A stretch of DNA of 63,692 nucleotides, the filler included, from Octopus bimaculoides (taxonomy: Eukaryota), in assembly GCF_001194135.2 (NCBI RefSeq). It is 5 parts of 4 records of this genome, joined end to end, with 100 filler letters (N's around TTAATTAATTAA, not from the genome) between each part and the next. Parts side by side here need not be neighbours in the genome. Positions count along the whole stretch, not along the records: positions 15,950 to 31,292 come from NC_068981.1; positions 31,393 to 51,117 come from NC_068981.1; 3 more parts are not named here. One strand, given 5' to 3'. The first letter of the stretch is position 1, and each line of letters starts with the position of its first letter. The notes beneath the pieces are model-generated. The model was not told the origin of the DNA. It was given only the letters and a program-made list of their open reading frames with translations, and searched no databases. Below, piece after piece: positions 23,753-35,931 of the stretch. The position numbers and the translations under genes were made by a program.

Positions 23753-24674
23753 AAAAAAATGAAAATAATATACGTGTGTAATCATTTAAATTTAACATGC
23801 ACTTTCCATGTAGCATGGTCTAAATGATTTTTTATTGGACCATGTTATAGGTCATTTGGCTTGGTTTCTATTGCTGGATGCCTTTCCTGTCCCCAACCAT
23901 TTCACAGCATGTATGACATGCATTTTCTTGTGGCACTAACGCTACAGTACTCAGTAACCTATGGTGTGTAGACCAAGGAGGGAAATAAGAAAGGGAGCAA
24001 TGACAACAGAAAGATCAGAAAAAAAGGTAACTGAGAATTAGAAATGGAAGAGTAAATACTTGGAGTCCTCGGTAGCCTAGAATAGGACAGAGGGGAAAAG
24101 TAAGACATAAGGAGATCCAAATTGGGTGAAAGTGTGGAAGGGACAAGGTGGGAAGTATGATGGAAAGCGCAGTGATATCTGGAGGTGGAGTCTGCAGAGA
24201 AATGATTGGCAGTAGCAGAGAGGAACAAAGGTAAGGATAAATGATGAGATTAAGGAGGCAAGAGTAGGTGTTGGGTGGCAGTAAAGGTGATGGATGGAGT
24301 AAGAGTGCTGACTGGTAGTACAGCAGGGCAAAGCTTTGAGTGTATAACATGTAAGTAGGGTGGGAGTATGGTCCAGTGTAGCTTCTTTCGTGTGATATTG
24401 AAGGGTTGAAAGGAATGGAAGTGGTTGGAGTGTCCTGCTCAAGTGGAAGAGAGAAGAGAGGTGGAGGGATAATGAACAGCGCGTGTAAGTGTTTCCTTAG
24501 CCTCATTGGTTGATTATACAAGGTGGGCCAAAAGTCACACACGAAATAAGTTAAAAACCCTCTGGAATTGTCAAAGACAGGCTTTAATTTTTCTAAAAAT
24601 TGAATAAAATAAATAAAATGATGAATACTCATGTACTTGTGCATGATGAATGAAATTAACTAATGATATTGGTT

Positions 24675-24812
24675 TCAACTTTTGGCGTAAGGCCAGCAAT
24701 TTCGAGGAAGGGGTAAATCAATTACATCAACCTCAGTGCTTAACCAATATTTATTTTATCAACCCCACCGAAAGGATGAAAGGCAAAGTCGACCCTGATA
24801 GAATTTGAACTC
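24675..24812 (-). mobile_element. SINE family A (head truncated)
   Basis: GAAAGGATGAAAGGCAAAGTCGACCCTGATAGAATTTGAACTC. Confidence 0.7.
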
Positions 24813-25198
24813 AATGAATAATAGTAATATAATATTAATAAAATATCAAGTATTTTGGTGCGAGACATTTGGCCTTGTCATGTACAGGTGTGAACCCAGT
24901 TCCATTACCAGTACAAAGTTGTGGTGTAATATCAACATAACGATTTTTCATATTAATTATTATAACCATTATTATGAAATAACAATAAGCATAATAATGT
25001 GATATAAATAAAATATCAAGTGTTTTGGCAAATGACTTTTGGCCCACTCTGCATAAACATATTTGTCATGTGCTGGTGTGAAATTAGATCTGTTACCTGT
25101 ACAAATTTGTGGTTTGCTATCAACAGAACAATTTTTCATATTAATTATTATAATCATTGTTATGAAATAAATGAAACCTTATTCCTGTTATCTTTCAG

Positions 25199-25264
25199 GC
25201 TATTGAAACTATGTATCGGATGAGTGTCTATCGTAAATACATCCAACCAGTAAAACATGGAGAG
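25199..25264 (+). CDS. TMEM135: Internal exon of transmembrane protein 135 (peroxisomal/mitochondrial PMP52-like)
   Basis: CCTGTTATCTTTCAG| ... |GTAAGT, 66 nt, phase 0-0, AIETMYRMSVYRKYIQPVKHGE; aligns by eye with the human TMEM135 segment [22 protein letters not shown] (recalled, not searched). Confidence 0.75.
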
Positions 25265-25680
25265 GTAAGTGATTTATTACAATCTCTCTTCTCTATGATA
25301 TTCTTTATGTTGACAGACACTGTAAAGTTCCTGTTTATTATCGGTCATTATATAATTTATCCTTCATTGATTGGGATGACCTATGATCAGAGGCATTCTG
25401 ATTGTGATCGTCCCATCTTTTCATTCCATTGTTTATTGCTGACTACATTTTCCTATGTATCATACTTTCTTTCCTTTAAGACTGCAAGTTGGGTTTTGGA
25501 AGAGAATTAGCTTCTCTTTCTAGCAGAACGAGTAATCAGATAATGCTTTTCTGATTGATTAAAAAGGAACAACAGTATTTAGATTAACTATTTCAGCTGT
25601 TGACTACATGATGTTCATTTAAAATTCAGCATTTCAGATGTTGAGTTTGAGCAAGATAATAAACACCATCATTTCTAATA

Positions 25681-25870
25681 CATGGCTCAGTGGTTAGAGC
25701 ATCGGGCTCACAGTCATGAGGTAACGAGTTCAATTCCCAGATCAGGCTATGTGTTACGTTCTTGAGCAAGACACTTTATTTCATATTGCTCCAGTTCACT
25801 CATCTGTAGAAATAAGTTGCGATGTCACTGGTGTCAAGCTGTATCGGCCTTTGCCTTTCCTTTGGATAAA
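25681..25870 (+). mobile_element. tRNA-derived SINE
   Basis: TGGCTCAGTGGTTAGAGC, GAGTTCAATTCCC, TTCTTGAGCAAGACACTTTATTTCA. Confidence 0.75.
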
Positions 25871-26199
25871 CAACCTTGCCTAGAATTGTGTCTCAAAGGG
25901 TAACTTTCTAGGTGCTGGGGCTAACAGTCAATGAGTTTTAGTTTTACTCTATGTCACTTGCAACATTTTACAAGAAATATTAATAATTTCTTTTTAAAAC
26001 ATAAGGTCAATTCCTGTGTTGGGGAAAAGAAAGAAAATCAATATGATTGACTCTTGTGAGATATTGGTATTTACTTTATTGATGCTTAGAGAAATGGGAT
26101 GCAAAAATCAACCCATATTGGACTGGAAATGGAAGCAGTATGGTTATAAACTTGATAGTTATGCATCTGGATGAGGACATCTGAATAAAAAAAATGCTT

Positions 26200-26825
26200 A
26201 TCTCTAACTGTGGGGGGAACCTGTGGAAGAGGTAGACCCAGAAAGACATGGGATGAGTTGATGAAGTATGATCTTTAGATGTTGAGTTTCATTGAGGCAA
26301 TGACAAGTGACCAAAACCTTGAGAAGACACATCAAGTTAAGTGAAATTGTAATTGTGGCCAGTGCCAGTGACACATTAGCACCTGTGCTGGTGAAACGTA
26401 AAAGGCCCTGTGCTGGTGACATGTAAGAGGCACCTGCGCCAGTGACACATAAAAGGCACTTATGCCAGTGACACATAAAAGGCACTTATGCCAGTGACAT
26501 GTAAAAGGCACTCGTGCCAGTGACGTGTAAATGGCACCTGTGCTGGTGACATGTAAAAGGCACCCATGCCAATGAAATGTGGAAAGCATTCATGTCAGGG
26601 ACACATACAAGGCACACATGCAAGTGATATGTAAAAAGCACTTGTGCCAGTGACACATAAAAGGCACCCACTACACTGGAGTGGTTGTCATTAGGAAGGG
26701 CATCCAGCCATAGAAACTAGGCCAAAATAGCCTAGTGCAGCTCTCCAGCTTACCAGTTCCAGTTGAATTGTCTAACGCATGCCAGCATAGAAAACAGATG
26801 CTAAATGATGAGGAGGATGATGAGG
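26200..26825 (+). mobile_element. RTE 3' end with a 12-unit 26-bp tandem array (26364-26670)
   Basis: RT C-terminal remnant (CGRGRPRKTWDE), units GCCAGTGACACATAAAAGGCACTTAT, then the RTE 3' UTR GAGTGGTTGTCATTAGGAAGGGCATCCAGCC and a GATGAGGAGGATGATGA tail. Confidence 0.8.
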
Positions 26826-28964
26826 AGTGAAAAGTTACACAAACCACTACAAAATGAAAAAAAAAAAATCAGTATGATCATATTATAAAAGTTTGTTAGG
26901 GTTAGCTCCAAGGTTTTTCCTCCAAATAACAAAAATTAAAGAAGCTGAATCAACATTGTAAACCAATAAAACACTTGCTATAACTTTACAATTACTTCTG
27001 TGACTTACAATAGTCAATGGGGTAGTCAACTTAGTGGTACCTATTTTCAGCTATGTCTAAGTTATTAGTGTTTAATTTTTTTAACCACAGACACAAAACA
27101 GTACTGGTATCAAAACATCAAATGCTCTATACTCTTTTGACTTCGCTATACATGTTTTCATCACTAACAGACTAGGTTCATAAGCTGGTGCTACCCTCAC
27201 ATCTACTGACCTTGCAGCCACCACAGAAAAATCAGTGTTCATTAAAAAAAATGTCATTCATTAAAAAGAAATAGTTTGATCACATTAAGAGGTGAAATGA
27301 AATTGTTTCATTTTTGTGTGGCTAAAATAATCCATTGAGAATTATTGTCCATAGAAACACAACAAAGTTTTTGTCTCATGTCAAAAATTCATTCACATAC
27401 CATTCTAATTGTGAAATTCCTTTTCCTCTACTCAATATTTCTCTGTCTTTGTTTACATCCACCTTTCTCTCCTCCTCCTCTCTCTCCTTTTGCTATTCAC
27501 ATATACAGATGCACAATTAGCCACAAACACAGTGCAGCCTCCTTTAACAGGAAATGAACCATCAAAACTTCACCTGCTAGACTGACACTTCATTGACTTT
27601 GACAACCTGTGAACTTTCACTAAACTTAGAAATGTTGTAAAGTATTTAGCCCAGAGTTTGAAATGCCTCAGCAAACTGACAAAACCAAATAGCCTATACA
27701 AAGCAGACATCTCAATTGTTTTTAACCGAGAGTCCTTCAAATTTAAAACTGTTAACAAAAGTATTTCTGTAGTCTTAATTCAGAGTAAAAAAATCAATTT
27801 GTCGATTCCATTTCAACATAAATTAAAAAATAAACTATTAATGAAAATCAATCTGATCAAAATTGTTGATGTCTTAATTGTTAAATTGTAACAAAGCATT
27901 TCTGATTAAGAAATGTTACTTTCTTTTCTTTTTTTTAATTTCTTGAAATATCAAATCAGATTGATTTTTTTTTTTTTTTTTCCTTTTTTAACTGGATATA
28001 TACTTCTGAAATAATTAATTTTCAGTCAGTCTTTTGTTAAATGTTTCTGCTTCATTTGTTTAATTAACATGTCTTGTGTAAGACAAGATGTCTTTTGAAT
28101 AAACCCAGTAAATGAACAAACTTACAACTGGTCATGTGAATAAGCTAATCAGTGTGTTGCTTCATGAGGCATTAATTCAAATCTGCAGATGTTTTGATTT
28201 CTGTTTTTAGATGATGAAGTATTTCAAATAAGCTCATAGGTATTAGATACATACGCCATCTATCAATTCACTGCACTATCGATATGTCCATTCCTTAGAT
28301 CTTCAAGACTTGTATGCTGTATTTCCAGCATTTTTGCCCTGCATTCTCAGCATCTGTACTTTGTAATATTCTGTAGCTATAATCTGCATTTCAAAATATA
28401 TCTTCCATTATTTTTAATAGTTGATACTATCTACACTCCTTCTATGTGCCTTTAATATTTCTTACACAAGATTTCTTTTTCTCTCTCTCAAAAGAAAAGT
28501 TTTTTCTCTTCAAGCATATTCAACAGATAACACTGTGTATTGTCAACAACAAATACATTTCTCATTAGCAGAAAATTCTTTGATTAAATGAGTAAATATT
28601 TGAACTATTGATAATAACAATATAATTATTCAGATTAGCCTTTTTTTCATTAATCTTCACTGTGTTTTGTTTGTGTTGATCTCTGATGATCATCAGATGC
28701 CCTCATCCTGTATAGCATCATCATCATATAATGTCCACTTTTCCATGCTTGCAAAGGTTAGACAGAATTTGTTGGGGTGGATTTGTTGCCAACACTCACC
28801 TGTTTCCAAGTAACATAATGAGAGGTTTTCATAGATGATTGGAAAGGAAGGATACCAGTTGCATCATGGTGACAGTCAACTGTCACATGAAATCATGACA
28901 AGGAGACAGTAAGATACTCACCTACCTCACACACACACACACACACACAAACATAAATATATAC

Positions 28965-29092
28965 AACAGATTTCAAGGCTTTGGTCAGCCCACAGCTATA
29001 GTAGAAGACACTTGCCTAAGGAGTCATACAGTTGGACTGAACCTGAGACCATGTAGTCGGGAAGCAAACTTCTTACCACACAGCCATGCCTG
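28965..29092 (-). mobile_element. SINE family B head
   Basis: GAAGACACTTGCCTAAGG...CTTCTTACCACACAGCCATGCCTGC. Confidence 0.75.
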
Positions 29093-29254
29093 CTACAAAG
29101 TATATATACAATATTGGATACCAACTTGAAACACTTCCCTTTATATTCTGGGTTCAAATGACTTTCATTTTAAGCCTTCTAGAGTAAATGATATTGAAAG
29201 TTTATTCATTTGATTACTCTATCCTCTTATATTTTTGTGACAGTGTGTCAAAAA

Positions 29255-29832
29255 TTATTGAGTGAGAGAGCAGCGTATGCCATCAAAGTGGCACTGGGGT
29301 TCAAATATATGAAGCCCACTATACCCATCAAGACTACCCATCTGTTAAGGGTACACCAGGCACATACATTACAACCATATGTGCACGACATAGAATCTCA
29401 TATCAAGATAAATAGCGTATGACCTTGCAGATAGGGCCCAGTTAGAATTTTCTTCAGGTTGAGTAGCGTATCCTGCTCAAAAGGACCCTGAATAAGGGTT
29501 GTTTAAGGATGTTGAATGGAACACCCATATTTCTAGAGATGTATTATTCAAACCCTAAAGAATCCCCTCAACACAAAGCTATGATGGTCCTCCACTTTTC
29601 CTGCCTGTGATCAAAAATGCACATATCGTCAGCCATTATGTGTCATATTCAAGTGGTTAAGTAAGGTCAAGCAAGTGACAAGCAAATCTGTGGCATTGAG
29701 CAGAATATTTGCTGTAGCCTATCTTTTACACCAAGACAAAACATGTACTTGATAACATATCCAGTCAATTAAGATCAGAAGCCACAAGAGCCAGAGCTTG
29801 GTATTGCATCAGGGCATTTATTATTATTATTA
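29255..29832 (+). repeat. About 570-bp interspersed repeat ending in (ATT)n (unclassified, probably a retroelement 3' end)
   Basis: High similarity to 58818-59389 and reversed partial similarity to 9925-10100. Confidence 0.8.
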
Positions 29833-30240
29833 TTAAGGTGGCAACCTGGCAGAATCATTAGCACAGCAGGCAAAATACTTAGCTGCATTTTGTCTGTCTT
29901 TATGTTCTGAGTTCAAATTCCGCCAAGGTCGACTTTGCCTTTAATTCTTTCAGGGCTGATAAATTAAGTACCAGTGAAACACTGGGGCTGATGTAATTGA
30001 CTTATCCTCTCCTCCAAATTTCAGGCCTTGTGCCTATAGTAGAAGGGATTATTATTAATATTATTATTATTATTATTATCATTATTATTATTATTATTAT
30101 TATTATACAGCTTTACATTCTGAATTCAGATTCCACTACCGTCAACTTCGCCTTTCCTCCTTTTGGGGTTGATGCAATCAATTAACCCCCATCTCCTAAA
30201 AGATGTTGGGCCTTGTACCTATAGTAGGAAGGATTATTAT
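29833..30240 (+). mobile_element. Two tandem SINE family A copies separated by (ATT)n
   Basis: Copy 1 about 29833-30050, (ATT)n about 30050-30107, copy 2 about 30108-30240. Confidence 0.75.
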
Positions 30241-31141
30241 TATCATGACTATGATTGTTGTTGTTGATACTGTTAGAGCATTAGACAAAATATCATGCAG
30301 TATTTATTATTAGCTCTTTTACAGTGTGAGTTCAAAACCTGCCAATTTCAACTTAGCCATTCATCCTTCTAAAATCGTAGAAGATTACAGTCTTCTATGA
30401 TTGATAATTAAAATACCAGTCAAATAATAAACTGTTCCCTACATCCATAATTTCTCACCTCATGTAAGAAACGGTGGTGGTGGTGGTGGTAGTGGCAGCT
30501 CCTGTCACCGTCATCGTCGTCTTCATCTTTTAAAAATCACTGCATGATTGTGTGGGTGGAGGTAATGTGCACTTTCGTTTTACTTCAGTAGGCGAGAATG
30601 ATTAATAAGATTTGCAGGTATACCCACTTCCTGGCATTCTTAATACTGATATTAAAAAAAATTTTTTTTAATGAGGTCAGAAACATAGGGCAGACAATTT
30701 ATGGTGACCCATTCATACCAGAATAAGTATCTCTCTTTAATGCCAATTCACCTTGGCTTATTCTTAGGCAGGAGTTAAGATACCCTTATAAAGATCACAA
30801 CTAGAATTAGCCTGACATTAATATAGGAGGAGAAAAAAAAATAGATGTCAATATAATGAGGAGATCAGGAACTGAAACAAGTATAACAACAGCAATGACA
30901 ACTACAAAACGTGACTAAATTTCTGGGAGAAGAGAGATTCCCTAGAATCAACAACAACAACACCAATAACAACACCACCAATGGAGTGAATGTCACTTGT
31001 GATAAGATGTAAATGTCTAAATTATCTGAAAGGTCATAGTGCAGCATTCGTGCAGCCCACAGCAATCATTGTAATTAGGGAATAAATGTTAAGTGTTTCA
31101 AAATTTCTCACCCCATAATGGAAGGAGATGGGGAGGGGGTA

Positions 31142-31177
<36 letters not shown>

Positions 31178-31292
31178 ATTCTCTTTACTAGGCACACAAG
31201 TGCACTAGACGTGATTTTTTTTAATAGTAAAGGTAGAAATACTTGAAATTAAAAGCTGATATAAATAAATAAATATATATATATATATAATA

Positions 31293-31392
31293 NNNNNNNN
31301 NNNNNNNNNNNNNNNNNNNNNNNNNNNNNNNNNNNNTTAATTAATTAANNNNNNNNNNNNNNNNNNNNNNNNNNNNNNNNNNNNNNNNNNNN
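31293..31392. other. Artificial scaffold-joining spacer
   Basis: 44 N + TTAATTAATTAA (31337-31348) + 44 N. Confidence 0.95.
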
Positions 31393-31454
<62 letters not shown>

Positions 31455-31668
31455 TGTATGTATGTATATGCATTTATAATTCTTTCTGTGACATTACTAT
31501 ATTCTATCAGTATATCAACTAACAACATTACTTTCTCCGTTTACAGTACATCTCCATATGATATAGATATCTATTTCCCTCCATGGGAGGTTCTTTATTT
31601 TTCTGTTTAACAAAATGAAATATTTCTATTTCTGACAGTATTTTAATGGAATTGCGTCATTATTTATC

Positions 31669-31704
<36 letters not shown>

Positions 31705-32269
31705 TACTGAAATTATCTTGAACTACAATACGTGTTGCCCTGCATCCCAAAATAATGAATATGTTTAGAAAAGAATGTAATTATCTTATAAATTTACAAA
31801 CGAAAATACTATGCTTATTTTAAGTATTTCATATTTACATAACACGTTATATGTGCCAATTAATTTCCAAACTTGATCAAAAGTTAAGAAAATATATATA
31901 AAATAAGTTGATGGTTGGAAATCACACAAAATTAATACGTAAATTTGTTAACAAATATCAAATATATTTTTCAATTATAAATTTTTTTCCTGGGAAAAAT
32001 TCCCAGGAATTTCTTTTACCTCTCAGTAGCTATTCTATTTTGACTCATATTTTATTCCCAAAAGCAATATAAATAATTTCATGTTAAAATCACATTAATG
32101 CATTCACACTCTGTACAATCGGGCATGGCTTTTGGAAGTGGGTTATTTATTACTTCTCGCTTGTAATATATTTCTTTAAAGTACTGTTTATTTGACGAGT
32201 CGGGGATATTTTTTATAACCAATTTCAGGCTTGAATTATGTGTTCATTTACTTTTCCCGGTGTAGTGGT

Positions 32270-32510
32270 AATATTTAGTGTTTCACCACACGCTGACGTC
32301 AGGCAGCCTGTGGCAATGGAGATCGCTAGCGTTCTCAGCCCCCGGACCATAACCCTGCTTACCGCTATCGAGGCTGAGACGGCTATTCGCAAGTGCGGGA
32401 CCCTTGAATCAAAGTGGCTGTTCCGGAAAATCTCTCTCGCCTTTCTCCGGGACAACGCCTTTTCCCTTTTCTCTACTGGGGCCGGGAGGTGGTCTGAAAC
32501 GCCATTTTAG
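32270..32510 (+). mobile_element. C-terminal remnant of a CRE-like non-LTR retrotransposon (restriction-like endonuclease)
   Basis: QPVAMEIASVLSPRTITLL...ESKWLFRKISLAFLRDNAFSLF resembles the P.A.ET.G..G...L.QR.S.A..RGNA..IL terminus of CRE-type elements; GC-rich island in AT-rich DNA. Confidence 0.6.
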
Positions 32511-32933
32511 ATATGTCTCTTCTGTCAAAAAGACGAAAGATATTCTGATTTACGCAGGGTATGTCGCATTGTTTCATTAGGCATTGATGTTTGAGTTACT
32601 ATTTTACGTTTGTAAAATTTTTGTTCAATAATTCTCTTACAGAAACCTAACGCAGCTTAGATATCGGAAACACCAGAAGTGAAGGGGAATTTTTGTTTAA
32701 AGATTCCTTGTTACAATCACATATGAGTTCCTTTGTACATCTTCCTCCGTCTGCCTTCTGCCTGCTATCACAAATTAGCGGGACATATGGACACACGACG
32801 AAGTTTATTACGGTGCATATATGTATATTAATAAATATCAAGAGAACAGAGATTTAACTAACAGGAGTTTATCTACACCCACTTAGGTTAGCCAGCATTG
32901 CTATCCGATAAGAGTGAGATGGTACCTGCTAGG

Positions 32934-33012
<79 letters not shown>

Positions 33013-33719
33013 ATTTATATATATATATGTATATATGTGTGTGTATGTGTATAGATAGATAGATATTTGCATGTATGTATATGTATATGTATTTGAATCT
33101 ATGCATGTATGTATGCATGCATGTGTGTGCAGGCGTGTACGTTTGTATGTATACATGTTACAAGAGATAAGAATCACTCCCTAACGCATCTTGTATTTCA
33201 TTAATTCTAGTTCCAGAGCAGTGTTTCGTGCCATTGTGCAGATTTAATAAGTGAATTAATGATTATAGGTTCTCAATCTTCGTGAAATATAAATGAATTA
33301 AATTTCCCGGTTCACTACATTAAATATTCTACCTCTCCCTCCCAACTCCTTATATTGTGTAGATTACCCCTTTAACTATTTAGTGTTCTCATACCGCAAC
33401 TTAATTACGGTGAGTGGTCGCATGGCGTTAATCAGTCATCGTACGGTAACTGAAATAGTATATGATAGACAATCTCTTTGTTCAGTTTGCAGTGTCACCT
33501 GTCTGGTGTCTGTGACCGAAGAGGAGACAGCTTCTACGAAATGTTGGCATTTCACAGTCTAGGTAGGTGGCATTGCGAACCGATACCATTTATCTACAGC
33601 AAGAAATCTTCTCCATCACAAAACACATTGAATGACTTGTTTCTGTTTCCGAGCCTGCCTCGGGCATATTCGAACTAATAATAAAATTTCATTTATACTA
33701 TTTTAAAAGAAACTGTTAT

Positions 33720-33950
33720 ACGGTTGGTGCAGAACACTTCTGTTTTCTGTAGATAGCACACAAGAAAATATATAGATCGCTAGCCACTACACATTCTTTA
33801 TTTTCTATCCTTGTTTCTTTCTATGTTCTTTTCTGTGGAAGAGCGTTGGCTCGAAACGTTAAAGACGTTTTCATTTCTCGAGCGTTAAACTAATATATCT
33901 GTTTGTTGTCTACACCACCTGTCTTCGTGTTTTTTTGTGTGAATTCTCCC
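33720..33950 (+). mobile_element. Penelope-like terminal-repeat fragment carrying a hammerhead variant
   Basis: Similar to the reverse complement of 55922-56070 (GAGCGT..AACTAATA, TACACCACCTGTC, ATTCTCCC then (TA)n). Confidence 0.55.
33827..33865 (+). ncRNA. Minimal hammerhead-like motif with variant core CUGUGGA
   Basis: TCTTTT-CTGTGGA-A-GAGC(GTTG)GCTC-GAAA-CGT-T-AAAGA. Confidence 0.55.
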
Positions 33951-33959
33951 TATATATAT

Positions 33960-34012
<53 letters not shown>

Positions 34013-34460
34013 NNNNNNNNNNNNNNNNNNNNNNNNNNNNNNNNNNNNNNNNNNNNNNNNNNNNNNNNNNNNNNNNNNNNNNNNNNNNNNNNNNNNNNNN
34101 NNNNNNNNNNNNNNNNNNNNNNNNNNNNNNNNNNNNNNNNNNNNNNNNNNNNNNNNNNNNNNNNNNNNNNNNNNNNNNNNNNNNNNNNNNNNNNNNNNNN
34201 NNNNNNNNNNNNNNNNNNNNNNNNNNNNNNNNNNNNNNNNNNNNNNNNNNNNNNNNNNNNNNNNNNNNNNNNNNNNNNNNNNNNNNNNNNNNNNNNNNNN
34301 NNNNNNNNNNNNNNNNNNNNNNNNNNNNNNNNNNNNNNNNNNNNNNNNNNNNNNNNNNNNNNNNNNNNNNNNNNNNNNNNNNNNNNNNNNNNNNNNNNNN
34401 NNNNNNNNNNNNNNNNNNNNNNNNNNNNNNNNNNNNNNNNNNNNNNNNNNNNNNNNTTGG

Positions 34461-34504
34461 GTACAATACATGTTTCGACGCGTTCTGGGTCTCTTCAGGT
34501 ATGT
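34461..34504 (-). ncRNA. Minimal type-I hammerhead ribozyme, canonical core
   Basis: Minus strand: ATAC-CTGAAGA-GAC(CCAGAACGC)GTC-GAAA-CATGT-A-TTGTA; palindromic ACATGT stem III, GUA cleavage triplet; stem I imperfect. Confidence 0.7.
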
Positions 34505-35079
34505 CAATAAAAATTCTCACTAGAGATTTCTTCAGCCGGCTTACGTAGAGCTATATGTCCATCAAATTCGAGAATGAGTAAAATCAGAGAAAAATTATTG
34601 AGATGCAAAAATTCCAAATATGAAATTGGAAATTATACATTCTAGTTTAGAGAAAATGACGTAACCAGCTTCCGCTGTTGCAACTGTTAAGAGAAAGAAA
34701 AGGAAGTAGAGGCTGAAAGGAAGATAATACTTAGACGAAAATTTTTTGTGTTCGTAATTAGACGCATGTATTCAAACATAGACATATACATACAAACATA
34801 CATGCATACATATACGCACTAACACGCGCATGTCCAAGTATATGTGCGTATACACACAACTACAATCATGCGCATACGTACACGTATAGACGAATATATA
34901 CATATATATGCATAGGAAGTCGTATGCGCAGGTACACACGTGTATATATACATAAACATACGCACATAGATAAATATGTGCATAGATTCGTACGGAAAGC
35001 AAGATACAGACGACTATGCAAAGCTTGACACACACACGTGTTAATACACTCACGTATACACATAAGTAAATATATATAC

Positions 35080-35125
<46 letters not shown>

Positions 35126-35895
35126 NNNNNNNNNNNNNNNNNNNNNNNNNNNNNNNNNNNNNNNNNNNNNNNNNNNNNNNNNNNNNNNNNNNNNNNNNNN
35201 NNNNNNNNNNNNNNNNNNNNNNNNNNNNNNNNNNNNNNNNNNNNNNNNNNNNNNNNNNNNNNNNNNNNNNNNNNNNNNNNNNNNNNNNNNNNNNNNNNNN
35301 NNNNNNNNNNNNNNNNNNNNNNNNNNNNNNNNNNNNNNNNNNNNNNNNNNNNNNNNNNNNNNNNNNNNNNNNNNNNNNNNNNNNNNNNNNNNNNNNNNNN
35401 NNNNNNNNNNNNNNNNNNNNNNNNNNNNNNNNNNNNNNNNNNNNNNNNNNNNNNNNNNNNNNNNNNNNNNNNNNNNNNNNNNNNNNNNNNNNNNNNNNNN
35501 NNNNNNNNNNNNNNNNNNNNNNNNNNNNNNNNNNNNNNNNNNNNNNNNNNNNNNNNNNNNNNNNNNNNNNNNNNNNNNNNNNNNNNNNNNNNNNNNNNNN
35601 NNNNNNNNNNNNNNNNNNNNNNNNNNNNNNNNNNNNNNNNNNNNNNNNNNNNNNNNNNNNNNNNNNNNNNNNNNNNNNNNNNNNNNNNNNNNNNNNNNNN
35701 NNNNNNNNNNNNNNNNNNNNNNNNNNNNNNNNNNNNNNNNNNNNNNNNNNNNNNNNNNNNNNNNNNNNNNNNNNNNNNNNNNNNNNNNNNNNNNNNNNNN
35801 NNNNNNNNNNNNNNNNNNNNNNNNNNNNNNNNNNNNNNNNNNNNNNNNNNNTATATATATATGTATGTATGCATACGCATATACACACACAGATT

Positions 35896-35931
<36 letters not shown>

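Noticed and set aside
23950-24500. Overlapping minus-strand ORFs in a purine-rich stretch
   Set aside because: P/L/S/T-rich translations reflect strand base bias; probably a decayed repeat, no motif recognised.
9080-25264. MFS and TMEM135 exons as one chimeric or nested gene
   Set aside because: Separated by the artificial spacer at 15850-15949, and the exon phases (2 then 0) do not join.
26364-26670. CRISPR-like appearance of the 26-bp (and 42-bp) arrays
   Set aside because: Units are directly adjacent with no unique spacers, there are no cas genes, and the context is a eukaryotic LINE 3' end.
32225-32700. Minus-strand gene (GTAAG...TTTGACAG intron 32640-32522, AAAATGGCG) or RNase P / telomerase RNA
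   Set aside because: All three frames stop soon after the putative acceptor; the TAACCCT stretch is too short for a template and RNase P motifs are in the wrong order; the plus frame fits an RLE retrotransposon better.
33493-33562. Possible 70-nt exon (TTTGCAG| ... |GTAGGT)
   Set aside because: Splice sites are only moderate and the peptide CHLSGVCDRRGDSFYEMLAFHSL is not recognised.
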